Assembly (NCBI GenBank): GCA_050013255.1
Contig: JBEKFP010000001.1
Coordinates: forward strand, 608,001-672,000
Source of the DNA: Candidatus Bathyarchaeia archaeon
Lineage (GTDB): Archaea > Thermoproteota > Bathyarchaeia > 40CM-2-53-6
Direction of reading: 5' to 3'
DNA: 64,000 nt
The position numbers and the translations under genes were made by a program. Positions 21,947-31,300 of this stretch are shown piece by piece (the stretch's first letter is position 1; each line of letters begins with the position of its first letter). Below the pieces are notes generated by a model, which worked only from the letters and a program-made list of their open reading frames with translations, was not told the DNA's origin and did no database searches.

Positions 21947-22375
21947 ATGGATCAGCTGAGGGAAGGTATGGTCTTGTTCGTTTGTGTCGAAAACACCTTC
22001 CGCAGCGTCCTAAGCGAAGCCATATTCAACGCACACGCACCCAAAGGATGGCACGCTGAAAGCGCAGGCGTACAGCCCGCCGAAGCCATCAACCCCATTG
22101 CCATAGAACTTCTAAGCGAAGTCGGAATCGGACTTGGCCCTAAGAAACCTAGGCTTGTCTCACGGGAGTTGGTCGCTCGTGCTTGGCGGGTCATCACATT
22201 TGGTTGCGTGGACCGCTGCCCCATAGGGGCGATAGAAAAGTCCGAGGATTGGCCTATTCCCGGAAGTACTGGAAAGAGTCCCCAAGAGCTGCGTGCTATT
22301 CGGGATGAACTACAACGCCGCATTCTCAACCTGATTGAGGAAATTCAACGACACACACCAAATTCAGTTACGTGA
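21947..22375 (+). CDS. arsC: LMW-PTP fold arsenate reductase-like protein
   Basis: CVENTFRS P-loop, SAG, GCVDRCP, DW.IP. Confidence 0.7.
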   Translation: MDQLREGMVLFVCVENTFRSVLSEAIFNAHAPKGWHAESAGVQPAEAINPIAIELLSEVGIGLGPKKPRLVSRELVARAWRVITFGCVDRCPIGAIEKSEDWPIPGSTGKSPQELRAIRDELQRRILNLIEEIQRHTPNSVT

Positions 22376-22425
22376 GGGACGCCCAAACAATATATTGAAC
22401 ACGGATACGGTAGCGGTGTAAACCA

Positions 22426-22677
22426 ATGCCCCGAAAAATACCATCCTCATACCTGCGCAAGTTGAACGAGGAGCAGAAGAAAGCTAAGGAAATCGCAGCC
22501 GAACAGGCAACGAAAAAACCGCGGCCAGTGGACCCAGATTCGGGGAAGCTGAAGGGTTTCACGATGATTTGTCAAACTTGCGGAAGCCGGGCTCGGTTTA
22601 CGGTGGATAAGTTTGGGTATGCGACCTGCGGCAACTGCAGAGCCATAGCAAGCTACAGACTCGGCCACTTAGCATAA
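22426..22677 (+). CDS. Small basic zinc-finger protein
   Basis: CQTC..CGNC; TATA-like element upstream. Confidence 0.55.
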   Translation: MPRKIPSSYLRKLNEEQKKAKEIAAEQATKKPRPVDPDSGKLKGFTMICQTCGSRARFTVDKFGYATCGNCRAIASYRLGHLA

Positions 22678-22713
22678 CGTGATCCGCAAGAAGACGACCG
22701 GGAAGAACTAGCC

Positions 22714-22850
22714 GGTTCAAATTACCCCGTTCGCACCACTCAAGCCACACACACACTTTTTTGACGACGAACGACGACGGTTCAAATTACGGTGCCCGCA
22801 CCAACGGTACCACACACACAACTACGCACGAACCTACGGTTCAAAATTCG
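22714..22850 (+). repeat. Three tandem degenerate units (period 65 and 59 bp) with tRNA T-arm/CCA-like cores
   Basis: GGTTCAAA at 22714, 22779 and 22838; CGCACCA ends at 22738 and 22803; CACACACAC tracts between. Confidence 0.8.
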
Positions 22851-22951
22851 TTTGTTGGTATCGCATGATCGACGGTAACGAATTGACCAGACTATGAGGA
22901 CCATCTAGATACCTTCTTCATCGCAGCATCGCCACCGTACTCTAAGGATTT

Positions 22952-23155
22952 TCACCGCGTCGAGCTTTCGTAGATTTTCTTCTGTAGAGGACAATCGCAA
23001 CGGATGGTCAACTTGTCCTCGTAGAGCTCTAGCTGTCTCTCCTGAATTCCATATTCACGCATGCTCGGGTCCGTCATCTCAAAGCGCTTTCTCAACAGGA
23101 CAAACATGACAAGAGAGCTGGCTAGTATCTCCTCTGGCGTTTCAGCGTCATACAA
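22952..23155 (-). pseudogene. Possible gene remnant
   Basis: Short ORF in an AT-richer decayed region; no recognisable domain. Confidence 0.25.
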
Positions 23156-23451
23156 CAGTCGTAAACTTTCGATTCATTAACTGAAGATGACAGCAATGTT
23201 CTGTCTTGGGTCTAGTCGACGATCTATTTATGAATTCAACGTAGATCTTCTAGACCAATTCACATATGGCTGAACCAAAGAAACTGGAAGTTGCCAGGAT
23301 TATTACAGAGCAATGTTCCTGTAGCCGTTATCGTCTATCACAACATCAACCTTCAATTCATTCTTCGGGAATTGCTTGTAGCGTTGCTTGGATGAAGCGT
23401 ACATGTGCATTTAATTGCACGTAGTGGAACACCAGCAGTTGGGGTAAACGC

Positions 23452-24981
23452 ATGAAGCCAGCTTATGCGATCACTTCACTCGCGGTAATTGTGATGCTTC
23501 TCTGCGGGGTTCTTTTACCTCTGGCACCGACCACCGTTCGAGGGTCAGGGTCGAAAATTCAACACCTCATCTTCATCGTCCAAGAGAATCATTCGTTCGA
23601 TAATTATTTCGGAACTTATCCGGGTGCCAATGGATTCTCGCTTGGTGCAGCTATTCCACTTGATCCAAACCAGACAAGCTTGGGATATGTTCACCCGTTC
23701 CATTTGAACGTGACACAACCGATTATGATTTGGGGAGATGAACTTCCGCCTGGTGTGGCTGATCCAGACGATCTTCAGCCTGCGGCTAATTCATCTGCGC
23801 CGTTCCACCTGAACAGCGAATCAATTGGTGGAGATTTGCCCCATGTATGGTTGGTTGCGCACAGAGCTTACGATAATGGGAAGATGGATGGGTTCATTGC
23901 TGCGGAAGGCAGTATTCTGACGATGGGGTACTATGATAGGAGTGATCTACCCTACTACTGGGATTACGCGAACCAATACGTGTTGGACGACAACTTCTTC
24001 TCTTCCCTGATGGGTCCAAGTTTTCCGAACCATCTCTACATTGCCTCGGGAACAAACGGGCCTCTGAACAACTTACCTCCACTCTGCCTCCAAACTCACT
24101 GCAAGTGGATAGAGAACGGCAGAATACTCGACGATCCTCCGTCGGACTATGATTGGCAAGGCCTCTCTCTGGACTGGTCAACGCTTGCTCAGGAACTTAG
24201 TAGCGCGAACGTGCCTTGGACATGGTATGATGGAGAGGCTATACCAACGAAACCAAACATTTGGGATGTCCTACCCCTCTTCACCTACTTCCAGAACCAT
24301 CCTGATCAGCTAATTGAGCACGTTAAGAATACTCAAGCCTTCGTCAACGATACCCAGAACGGCCAGCTCCCGGCAGTCTCATGGATATTCCCTGGTGGCT
24401 GGGTTCCACCAACCTACCCCGCTGCATGCAAAGGTCAATCCACAAGCGAACATCCACCAGCGAGGAGTGACTGCGGAATGGATTACGTCTCATACTTAGT
24501 GAACCAAGTGATGAAGAGCCAGTTTTGGCAATCGTCTGCGATAATCATTACCTGGGATGATTATGGTGGCTTCTACGACCATGTTCCTCCGCCACAAGTC
24601 GACGCCTACGGCGAAGGCTTCAGAGTGCCAACTCTCGTAATCTCACCGTGGGCGAAACATGGGTTCACTGACCACACGCAATACGAACTTGCATCCCTCC
24701 TGCGGCTGGCTGAAGACAACTTCAACCTCCCAACTCTCGGTGTGAGAGATGTGAAAGCTAACGATATGATGAATTCATTCGACTTCAAGCAAGCCCCCCA
24801 ACCTACACTGATCGAGCCCGCAAACTTTGTAGGCCCAACACCAGAAACAACCACAACAACGCAGACAACCGCAATCCCTGAACCCAACCCGACTCAGACA
24901 TATCTTATTCTAGCCCTTGCAGTAGCGATTGCCGCTATTGTGCCGACCTACATAATACGACGGCGTACTGCAAGAAGTTAA
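23452..24981 (+). CDS. Secreted phosphoesterase (phospholipase C/AcpA family), C-terminally anchored
   Basis: [39 protein letters not shown]. Confidence 0.92.
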   Translation: MKPAYAITSLAVIVMLLCGVLLPLAPTTVRGSGSKIQHLIFIVQENHSFDNYFGTYPGANGFSLGAAIPLDPNQTSLGYVHPFHLNVTQPIMIWGDELPPGVADPDDLQPAANSSAPFHLNSESIGGDLPHVWLVAHRAYDNGKMDGFIAAEGSILTMGYYDRSDLPYYWDYANQYVLDDNFFSSLMGPSFPNHLYIASGTNGPLNNLPPLCLQTHCKWIENGRILDDPPSDYDWQGLSLDWSTLAQELSSANVPWTWYDGEAIPTKPNIWDVLPLFTYFQNHPDQLIEHVKNTQAFVNDTQNGQLPAVSWIFPGGWVPPTYPAACKGQSTSEHPPARSDCGMDYVSYLVNQVMKSQFWQSSAIIITWDDYGGFYDHVPPPQVDAYGEGFRVPTLVISPWAKHGFTDHTQYELASLLRLAEDNFNLPTLGVRDVKANDMMNSFDFKQAPQPTLIEPANFVGPTPETTTTTQTTAIPEPNPTQTYLILALAVAIAAIVPTYIIRRRTARS

Positions 24982-25203
24982 CATGGTGCCCGCGTCCTGA
25001 AAAGTCGACTACGGATTGTTCCCATATAGCCTTCTGCGTTACTTATGGTCTGCTCGAAATAGCTAGAGTGCGGTGGTTTCCACATGCGTTTGCCAGTGGG
25101 ACGCATTTCAGATCGTACGCGGATTCTGCATCACGTATATGAGAGTTGTATTGTAGCCGCTACCATTCAATTCTGTTTTTGTCGCGGAAGGTGCCGACGT
25201 GCG

Positions 25204-25259
25204 CACACACACGAAAATAGCGACGAAAGACGTCAGTTCAATTTCCATTGCCCGCACCA
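25204..25259 (+). repeat. Dispersed copy of the tRNA-3'-like repeat
   Basis: CACACACAC..CGACGAA..AGTTCAATTTCCATTGCCCGCACCA. Confidence 0.7.
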
Positions 25260-25559
25260 TTGGACCCACACCTATGAAAAGTCTAATCCAGCATGCGATT
25301 CTTAGGTGGTTCTTCTGCGTGGCGTTCAGGCCTCGCTAACTATTCTGTCCGGGAGTTTATCCTTTTCTTCGATCTTTTCCTCCATTTTTTCTTGGTTGGC
25401 CTGAACGCGGCAATCACCTATTCGCGCGCTAGGGCGCATTCAAGGGGCCGCTCCGAAGACTGCCCATTCACACACCCGACCGATTTCGGTCATGTGGTTC
25501 TCGGGCTTACCAACCACGAGAAATACTCACACGCTAGAACTTAGGACTTTTCATCCTTT

Positions 25560-25616
25560 CACACACACTTTTTGACGACGACGGACGTCGATGGTTCATA
25601 TCAACAGCGTTCCACT
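25560..25616 (+). repeat. Dispersed copy of the tRNA-3'-like repeat (more degenerate)
   Basis: CACACACACTTTTTGACGACGA matches 22748-22770 except for one T; followed by GGTTCATAT. Confidence 0.7.
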
Positions 25617-25638
25617 CGGTAGCTCAGGTTCTGGGGGC

Positions 25639-26412
25639 CTAGGTGGAGAACAATTTGTCTCTATCGAGCAAGAGTTCGTTTTCGGAGTATTTCTTGGCGT
25701 ACAATTTCCTTACGAGCAAGAAACGTCGCGGCCTCGCTCTTAGTTCTCTTTCATAGATCTCGATGACGCCGTCAAAGAGGTCGAGTATAGTCTGTGCCTC
25801 TTCTTTTGCTATAAGGGGGTTTAAGCTGGCTATAGTTGTGAATCCCTCGGTCTTCCGTTTGGCTATGAAATCCGATAGCCATTTCCGAGTGGTTAACGCC
25901 TTGTGTCTAAGAAGTATGTCAGAGAGTAAATCGAGGATTATGATTTTGCTGACATCCTTCCTTGCCTGATATTCGACCATCGGGCTTGTTAATGAGAAGG
26001 AGATGTTGAGTTCGCTTAGGTTCTCGACGCCGGGAATCTTGTAAAGATTCTTGCCTGAATGTTCTATTTTGTCGGCCTGTGGAGAAAATGCGTAGAAATC
26101 TTTCCCGTAACTGCGCAAGTAGTCCCCCGTTCTTTCGGTGTCGGATGAAAGATAGAAGACGGGGGTTGACGTTGAAAGTGCTGTGCCGATGATTTTTCTA
26201 AGTAGGAAGTCCCGCTCGTCATAGGCCGGAGAAACGACCACTACTCCGTACCGTTCGGGGATACCGCCGCCGAGCAGGCCATCCAAGTCCGTGTAGCCCG
26301 TTGAAATGATGCCTTCATGTTTCAAGCTTGCTACCGCGGGAGGAGATTTTCTTCTTCTCGCAACAACAAGAACACCGGCCACTATGACAACGGCGACAAC
26401 GAAGAGTTGTAA
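25639..26412 (-). CDS. TM-anchored RAD55/KaiC-like protein, apparently 5'-truncated, degenerate Walker A
   Basis: STGYTDLDGLLGGGIP; Walker A site VSPAYDER; FDGVIEI; TM helix begins right after the upstream stop. Confidence 0.7.
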   Translation of the reverse strand, partial: LQLFVVAVVIVAGVLVVARRRKSPPAVASLKHEGIISTGYTDLDGLLGGGIPERYGVVVVSPAYDERDFLLRKIIGTALSTSTPVFYLSSDTERTGDYLRSYGKDFYAFSPQADKIEHSGKNLYKIPGVENLSELNISFSLTSPMVEYQARKDVSKIIILDLLSDILLRHKALTTRKWLSDFIAKRKTEGFTTIASLNPLIAKEEAQTILDLFDGVIEIYERELRARPRRFLLVRKLYAKKYSENELLLDRDKLFST

Positions 26413-26694
26413 TCAGCCGAAGAATTCCTTTGGGGTCACCGCGACTTCGTATGTATTTGGAACGAACGGTAGCTTCAGCTTCGACACTTCAGCGTAGAAA
26501 ATTCTGCCGGCTTCGTTAAGTCTCTCATATTTGTCAACATGGAATATGTAGAGAAGCGTGCCTGACTGGGGAAAGTATGGGCCGTCTATTTTTCCTCCGA
26601 CCGCCTTCTCAATTTTGGAATGGATCTCGTTCATCTTCGCTAAGTCTTTCTGAAGGTCCTCTCCTTCGTAGTCTAATCTGACGAGAATTATCAA
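26413..26694 (-). CDS. Small hypothetical protein
   Basis: 93-aa ORF in a co-directional run; no family recognised. Confidence 0.6.
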   Translation of the reverse strand: MIILVRLDYEGEDLQKDLAKMNEIHSKIEKAVGGKIDGPYFPQSGTLLYIFHVDKYERLNEAGRIFYAEVSKLKLPFVPNTYEVAVTPKEFFG

Positions 26695-26715
26695 TTCGTT
26701 CTCACTCTTCGTACA

Positions 26716-27087
26716 TCACTGCTTTGTTTGCTTGGCGTAGTCAATCATGCCTTGAAAGTCAACTACAACCGCAGGTTCATTGCCCACGACCCATGCGTCG
26801 TGGCCAGACGGGAGAAGCGAGATGTCTCCTGCCTTACAGTCCTTCTCGGTGCCGTCGTCCATTACTACATGAAGAACGCCGGAAACATGGTACTGGAAGT
26901 GTGGTGCTTCACAACTTTTCGTTTTCGCTATTGGCTTGACGGAGGTTGACCAACGCCATCCGGGCTGGAAAACTCCACGCCCAACGACAGCCCCACCAAT
27001 TTTCACCAATTCAAGCTTGCCCTTTTCGAAATTCCTGGTTTCGTCAGGAGAGTTCAGACTCTTTAGTTCCATTTTCTGCATATGCAT
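26716..27087 (-). CDS. Cupin domain protein
   Basis: PGWRWS..C...H, PSGHDAWVVG. Confidence 0.85.
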   Translation of the reverse strand: MHMQKMELKSLNSPDETRNFEKGKLELVKIGGAVVGRGVFQPGWRWSTSVKPIAKTKSCEAPHFQYHVSGVLHVVMDDGTEKDCKAGDISLLPSGHDAWVVGNEPAVVVDFQGMIDYAKQTKQ

Positions 27088-27247
27088 CACAAATTGACGT
27101 CTACATAGGTATGCGACCACGCATAATTAGCATTTGCATCTAGCAAGTTTCTGTCGATGGGTAGGACGGTCCGATTGCACATGAAATGACTCTTTCTTAA
27201 TCGAATTGCCCTGTTCGCGAGAGATTCTCTCTGTGTTCTAGCTAGTC

Positions 27248-28324
27248 TCACGAAGCCTTAGCCTGCTTCCGTTTTCGCAAAAGACTTGCAGCACAGACCG
27301 CAACTGTGAGTAGGACAAGAAACGAAGGAAGTGGAAACTCAGGAATTGCGAAACCCTGTGGAGCTTGGGCCAATCCTATCTGTGGACCCGTACCAGCACC
27401 TATCCCGTCATAGTAGACCATCAAGCCATCTCCGACAGCTAGGTTGGCTTGCTCCACGCCTGCAAAATCCCAAGTACCTTGCGCTCCAGGGCTTAGAATC
27501 GGATTGGGAGAATACCGCGTCCATGTTGCTCCGTCGGGTGAGGTCGCTAACCCAATCTGGGGGAGTCCATTGTTCGGTCCCAAGCCTGAATACCACAGCC
27601 AAAAGGTGGTTCCGTTAAAGTACACTGACGGTGAATAGACTGAACCAGAGTCCCAAGCGGTAGGATCCGATGAGGGGAAGAAAACAGGGTGAGGCCATTT
27701 GCTCCATTTGAGTCCGTCGAATGATGTTGCGTAGAGAATACTTGTGAACTGGGTCGAATTCGCGTTTTTTCCTGTGTACCACATGTTGTACGTGAGCCCT
27801 AATCTGATCACGTAGGGGCTTGCTATGTATCCTTGGTCAATCGCGGTTGCAGTCAAGACTGGGTTGCGGGAATTCTTGGTCCATGAGACTCCGTCCTTAG
27901 AGGTTGCCAGACCCACAGCACCACTTGCGAAGGCGGTGGGGTTGCTTCCTCTGTACCACATCATGAAGAAGGTCCCGTTCCAGAGAACAGAGCCCAAGGC
28001 AACCGAAGACCTGTCCCAGGCACCGGGTAGACCGGGTTCCAAAACAGGGCCAGCGAGCTGGCTCCATGAAATCCCATCCTTTGAAGTCGCATATCCGACC
28101 CCACTGCTCCCGGACCGACCGCCATTAAACCACATTCGGTAGATCTTGCCGTCATAGATTACCCTGGGAGTAGTTGTATAGTCGGCATCCCACTGATTCG
28201 ACGTAGGGCCAAGCACAGGGTTACTTGGGGATTTCACCCATTGTGCATCACCAAAAGCATTTGGCAGTAGAAGGACGAAGATGAAAAAGAGCGCCACCCC
28301 CAGTAACCTTTTTTTCATATGCAA
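27248..28324 (-). CDS. Secreted five-bladed beta-propeller glycosidase-like protein with PEF-type tail
   Basis: Repeated MWY.G..G.ATS.DG..W.K...PV blades; IPEFP + TM + basic tail. Confidence 0.82.
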   Translation of the reverse strand: MHMKKRLLGVALFFIFVLLLPNAFGDAQWVKSPSNPVLGPTSNQWDADYTTTPRVIYDGKIYRMWFNGGRSGSSGVGYATSKDGISWSQLAGPVLEPGLPGAWDRSSVALGSVLWNGTFFMMWYRGSNPTAFASGAVGLATSKDGVSWTKNSRNPVLTATAIDQGYIASPYVIRLGLTYNMWYTGKNANSTQFTSILYATSFDGLKWSKWPHPVFFPSSDPTAWDSGSVYSPSVYFNGTTFWLWYSGLGPNNGLPQIGLATSPDGATWTRYSPNPILSPGAQGTWDFAGVEQANLAVGDGLMVYYDGIGAGTGPQIGLAQAPQGFAIPEFPLPSFLVLLTVAVCAASLLRKRKQAKAS

Positions 28325-28544
28325 TAACCGTCTGCCTCTAATTGCAAAGAAGTAACTTGAAAATCTTGTACTCAGGGCATTAGCGCCCTTAGCCTGACAC
28401 GTTGAAGACCGTCAAGTTGAGGTTGGCCTCTTTCCCTGACGCTTTTGAACTTGAGATGAGGCACAACTTAGATCGAGCTGCTTTTCCCATATCTATCTCC
28501 AATGGTTCGAACCACGGAATTCGAACGTGTAACTCTGCACTCAG

Positions 28545-29219
28545 TTAGGAAGGGGGAGCCAGTTCTAGGACTTCCAGTTCTGAATTCCTCCTTAGGCGCA
28601 TATCAAAGACTTCTTCGAAATTCCTGTGCACTTCATTCTTGACAAGGCCGAAGTCCATCTCCCTACTAAGTAGAGCTTTCATTGAGGTCATCGTTGAGCC
28701 TGGGAATCCACAAGGGGTTATCATCTGGAAATAATTCAGGTCGGTGTTTACATTGAGTGCGGCTCCATGGAAGGTAACCCAGTTTCGAACTGCCGCTCCG
28801 ATTGAAGCTATCTTCTTTCTGCCAACCCAAACGCCCGTCTGCTCTCCGCGCTCTCCGGCAATTCCGAACTTGGCGAGGGCCCGGATTAGCGTCTCCTCGA
28901 TGTTCCGGAGAAACCCATGGATGTCCCGCTGGCGTGCATTTAGGTCTAGGATCGGGTACCCGACCAACTGGCCCGGGCCATGGTAAGTCCATTGGCCGCC
29001 TCGCTCTATCCTGAAGACCGGGACACCCTCCACGGTTGCTGGGACTTCGCCTGCAATGCCCTTCCCCACTGTGAAAACATGCGGGTGCTCCACCAACACT
29101 AACGTGTCCGGTATGGCTTTCTTAACTCGAAGCTCGAGCAGCTTGCGCTGCAGGTTCCAGACTTCCGCGTAATCCCGCGAGCCTAGGTCTAGGAGATTTC
29201 CTTCGATTGTTGTAGGCAT
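28545..29219 (-). CDS. lipB: Lipoyl(octanoyl) transferase
   Basis: EHPHVFT, RGGQWTYHGPGQLVGYP, KIASIG, PCG. Confidence 0.92.
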   Translation of the reverse strand: MPTTIEGNLLDLGSRDYAEVWNLQRKLLELRVKKAIPDTLVLVEHPHVFTVGKGIAGEVPATVEGVPVFRIERGGQWTYHGPGQLVGYPILDLNARQRDIHGFLRNIEETLIRALAKFGIAGERGEQTGVWVGRKKIASIGAAVRNWVTFHGAALNVNTDLNYFQMITPCGFPGSTMTSMKALLSREMDFGLVKNEVHRNFEEVFDMRLRRNSELEVLELAPPS

Positions 29220-29264
29220 CGAGGCATCTCACAGTGCATTTGGAAGCGCGTGGTGTCGAATCAA

Positions 29265-29813
29265 TTAGAGGTACCCTGCCCTTTCCAGTATGTCGCGATG
29301 CCCCCGCGCAAGCTTCATCTTACGAACCTTCGCGGTTGGAAGGAAGCGCATTTCGGACCACCACGGCCTAATCTTGGGTAGCTGCCGGATTCGCATCTCG
29401 TATACGAAGCAAATGTCCCAGTGCCGGAATTGTCTCCCCGACCGCTTGTACCCGGGATGCCCAGGTGTCTGCGGTCTAACATGAGATTGCACCATGACGA
29501 AGCTAGGGGTTCCCGTAAGGCCGGCCCACTGGTGGGCGATTCGGCGGGCGGCGTGGTCGGGCGGCTCTTCCATCAGAAGATGAGTAGCAGGAAGCAACCA
29601 TGCGCCTTCTTTCCCAATCTCGCCCGCATGGCGTTTTGGAAAGCCGCCTTTCTCAGGCCATGCGTCATGTGCCTTCGGACGGCCGAGGAGTATTGAATCG
29701 CCTTTGCGGGCAACTATGAAAGCTGATAGGCATAAACCAGCTGGAGGCGTGTGGGTCATCCAAGACGGAGTTCGAGGGCCTATTCGCGCCCATCGCACAC
29801 TTACAGGTCGCAT
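29265..29813 (-). CDS. NUDIX-fold protein with degenerate Nudix box
   Basis: SAFIV..ILL and WLLP..EEPP.HAARRI..W.G layout, without the catalytic Glu residues. Confidence 0.6.
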   Translation of the reverse strand: MRPVSVRWARIGPRTPSWMTHTPPAGLCLSAFIVARKGDSILLGRPKAHDAWPEKGGFPKRHAGEIGKEGAWLLPATHLLMEEPPDHAARRIAHQWAGLTGTPSFVMVQSHVRPQTPGHPGYKRSGRQFRHWDICFVYEMRIRQLPKIRPWWSEMRFLPTAKVRKMKLARGHRDILERAGYL

Positions 29814-29830
29814 CTGAATTCCTTCAGTTA

Positions 29831-31222
29831 TTACTTTTGTAGAATATGAATTGCTTTTCCTTTTGCGGCTTCCGCGGCTTCCATGATGCTTTCCGGCAAG
29901 GTTGGGTGTGGGTGTACTGTCAATCCAATGTCCTCCAAGGTCGCGCCCATTTCAATCGCCAGCGCAGCCTCGCTGATCATATCCGACGCTTCGGCGCCAA
30001 CAATGTGAACGCCCAGAACAATGTCTGAACTTTTGTCCGCAACTATTTTCGCGAAGCCCTCGGTTTCTCCGGCGAGCATTGCGCGGCCCAGAGCTGTGAA
30101 AGGAAACTTTCCAACAATTGGATCATAGCCCTTCTCTTTTGCTTGAGCTTCAGTGAGGCCAACCGTTGCAATTTCGGGGTCCGAGAATATTACGCCGGCG
30201 ATCGCGCGGAAGTCTGCTTCACTGTTCATGCCTGCGATGGCTTCGGCTGCTACGATGCCTTGCTTCGAGGCTTTGTGGGCTAGCATTGGTGGGCCGACTA
30301 TGTCGCCTATGGCGTAGATGCCGGGCACGTTGGTTTGCATTTTCTTATCGACCTGAATGAAACCGTGGGCATCTGTCTTCACGCCGGTCGCTTGCAGTCC
30401 AATCTGGTCGCTGTTCGGGCGCCTTCCCACCGTAACCAAGACTTTGTCAGCATCGAACGCCGCTTCCTTGCCGTCTTCCAATTCAGCGTAAACTTTCCCG
30501 CCGCGAAATTCTTTAGCCTTCGATTTTACGTGGTAATCCACGCCAAGTTTGCGGAGGGAACGTTCTACGACTCTCACTAGTTCTATGTCCGTTCCTGGGA
30601 GAAGTTGCTCCAACATTTCGATAATCGTGACCTTGCTTCCGAGTTGGGTGTACATGGTTCCCATTTCTAACCCCGTGACGCCTCCGCCGATTATGACGAG
30701 GTTCTTTGGGATCTCTTGAAGCGCGAGGGCTTCGGTTGAGCTGATTATGCGTGTCCCATCAAACCTGAAGGTGGGAAGGTCGAAGTAGCGTGAGCCAGTA
30801 GCTATCACAACATCCTTTGTCTCTATGCTTTCGATCCCAGCGGTGGTCTTCACTTCAAGTTGCTTTGGGCCTGTGAAGGTGCCTACTCCCTTGATGATTT
30901 TGACATTATTCCCCTTGCACAGGTATTCGACGCCTTGCGTTAGCCGGTCGACTACGCTCTGCTTCCACGCCTGCACCTTAGGAAAATCGACCTTAAGGCC
31001 GGTCACTTCGAGGCCGATCTGTTTGGCGGCTTCGATCCTCTTCTTCAGTTTAGCTACGCGGATGAGCGCTTTGGAGGGGATGCATCCTATATTCAAACAA
31101 ACTCCGCCGAGTTGATCCTTTTCGATTAGAGTTGTTTCTTTCCCAAGCTGGCCTAGCCTGATGGCGGCTACGTACCCGCCCGGTCCTGCTCCGAGAACGA
31201 CAACTTCTGTTTTCTGCGCCAT
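29831..31222 (-). CDS. lpdA: Dihydrolipoyl dehydrogenase (E3)
   Basis: GGVCLNIGCIPSK, HPHPTL.E. Confidence 0.96.
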   Translation of the reverse strand: MAQKTEVVVLGAGPGGYVAAIRLGQLGKETTLIEKDQLGGVCLNIGCIPSKALIRVAKLKKRIEAAKQIGLEVTGLKVDFPKVQAWKQSVVDRLTQGVEYLCKGNNVKIIKGVGTFTGPKQLEVKTTAGIESIETKDVVIATGSRYFDLPTFRFDGTRIISSTEALALQEIPKNLVIIGGGVTGLEMGTMYTQLGSKVTIIEMLEQLLPGTDIELVRVVERSLRKLGVDYHVKSKAKEFRGGKVYAELEDGKEAAFDADKVLVTVGRRPNSDQIGLQATGVKTDAHGFIQVDKKMQTNVPGIYAIGDIVGPPMLAHKASKQGIVAAEAIAGMNSEADFRAIAGVIFSDPEIATVGLTEAQAKEKGYDPIVGKFPFTALGRAMLAGETEGFAKIVADKSSDIVLGVHIVGAEASDMISEAALAIEMGATLEDIGLTVHPHPTLPESIMEAAEAAKGKAIHILQK

Positions 31223-31300
31223 TCTAAACCACGATTCCGTGTTTACTTTGTCGAGTTCGTTATCGTATTGAAGGCTGGTATTTAGCTCGCTTTCCTCACG

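Noticed and set aside
22714-22850. CRISPR array or intact tRNA
   Set aside because: Repeats are degenerate with unequal periods and related spacers; no cas genes; no D or anticodon arms
25084-25544. Short ORFs between the tRNA-like repeats
   Set aside because: Atypical composition and overlap with repeats; probably debris
28389-28544. 51 open codons in frame after the lipB stop
   Set aside because: No start codon at its 5' end and no recognisable homology; plausible by chance
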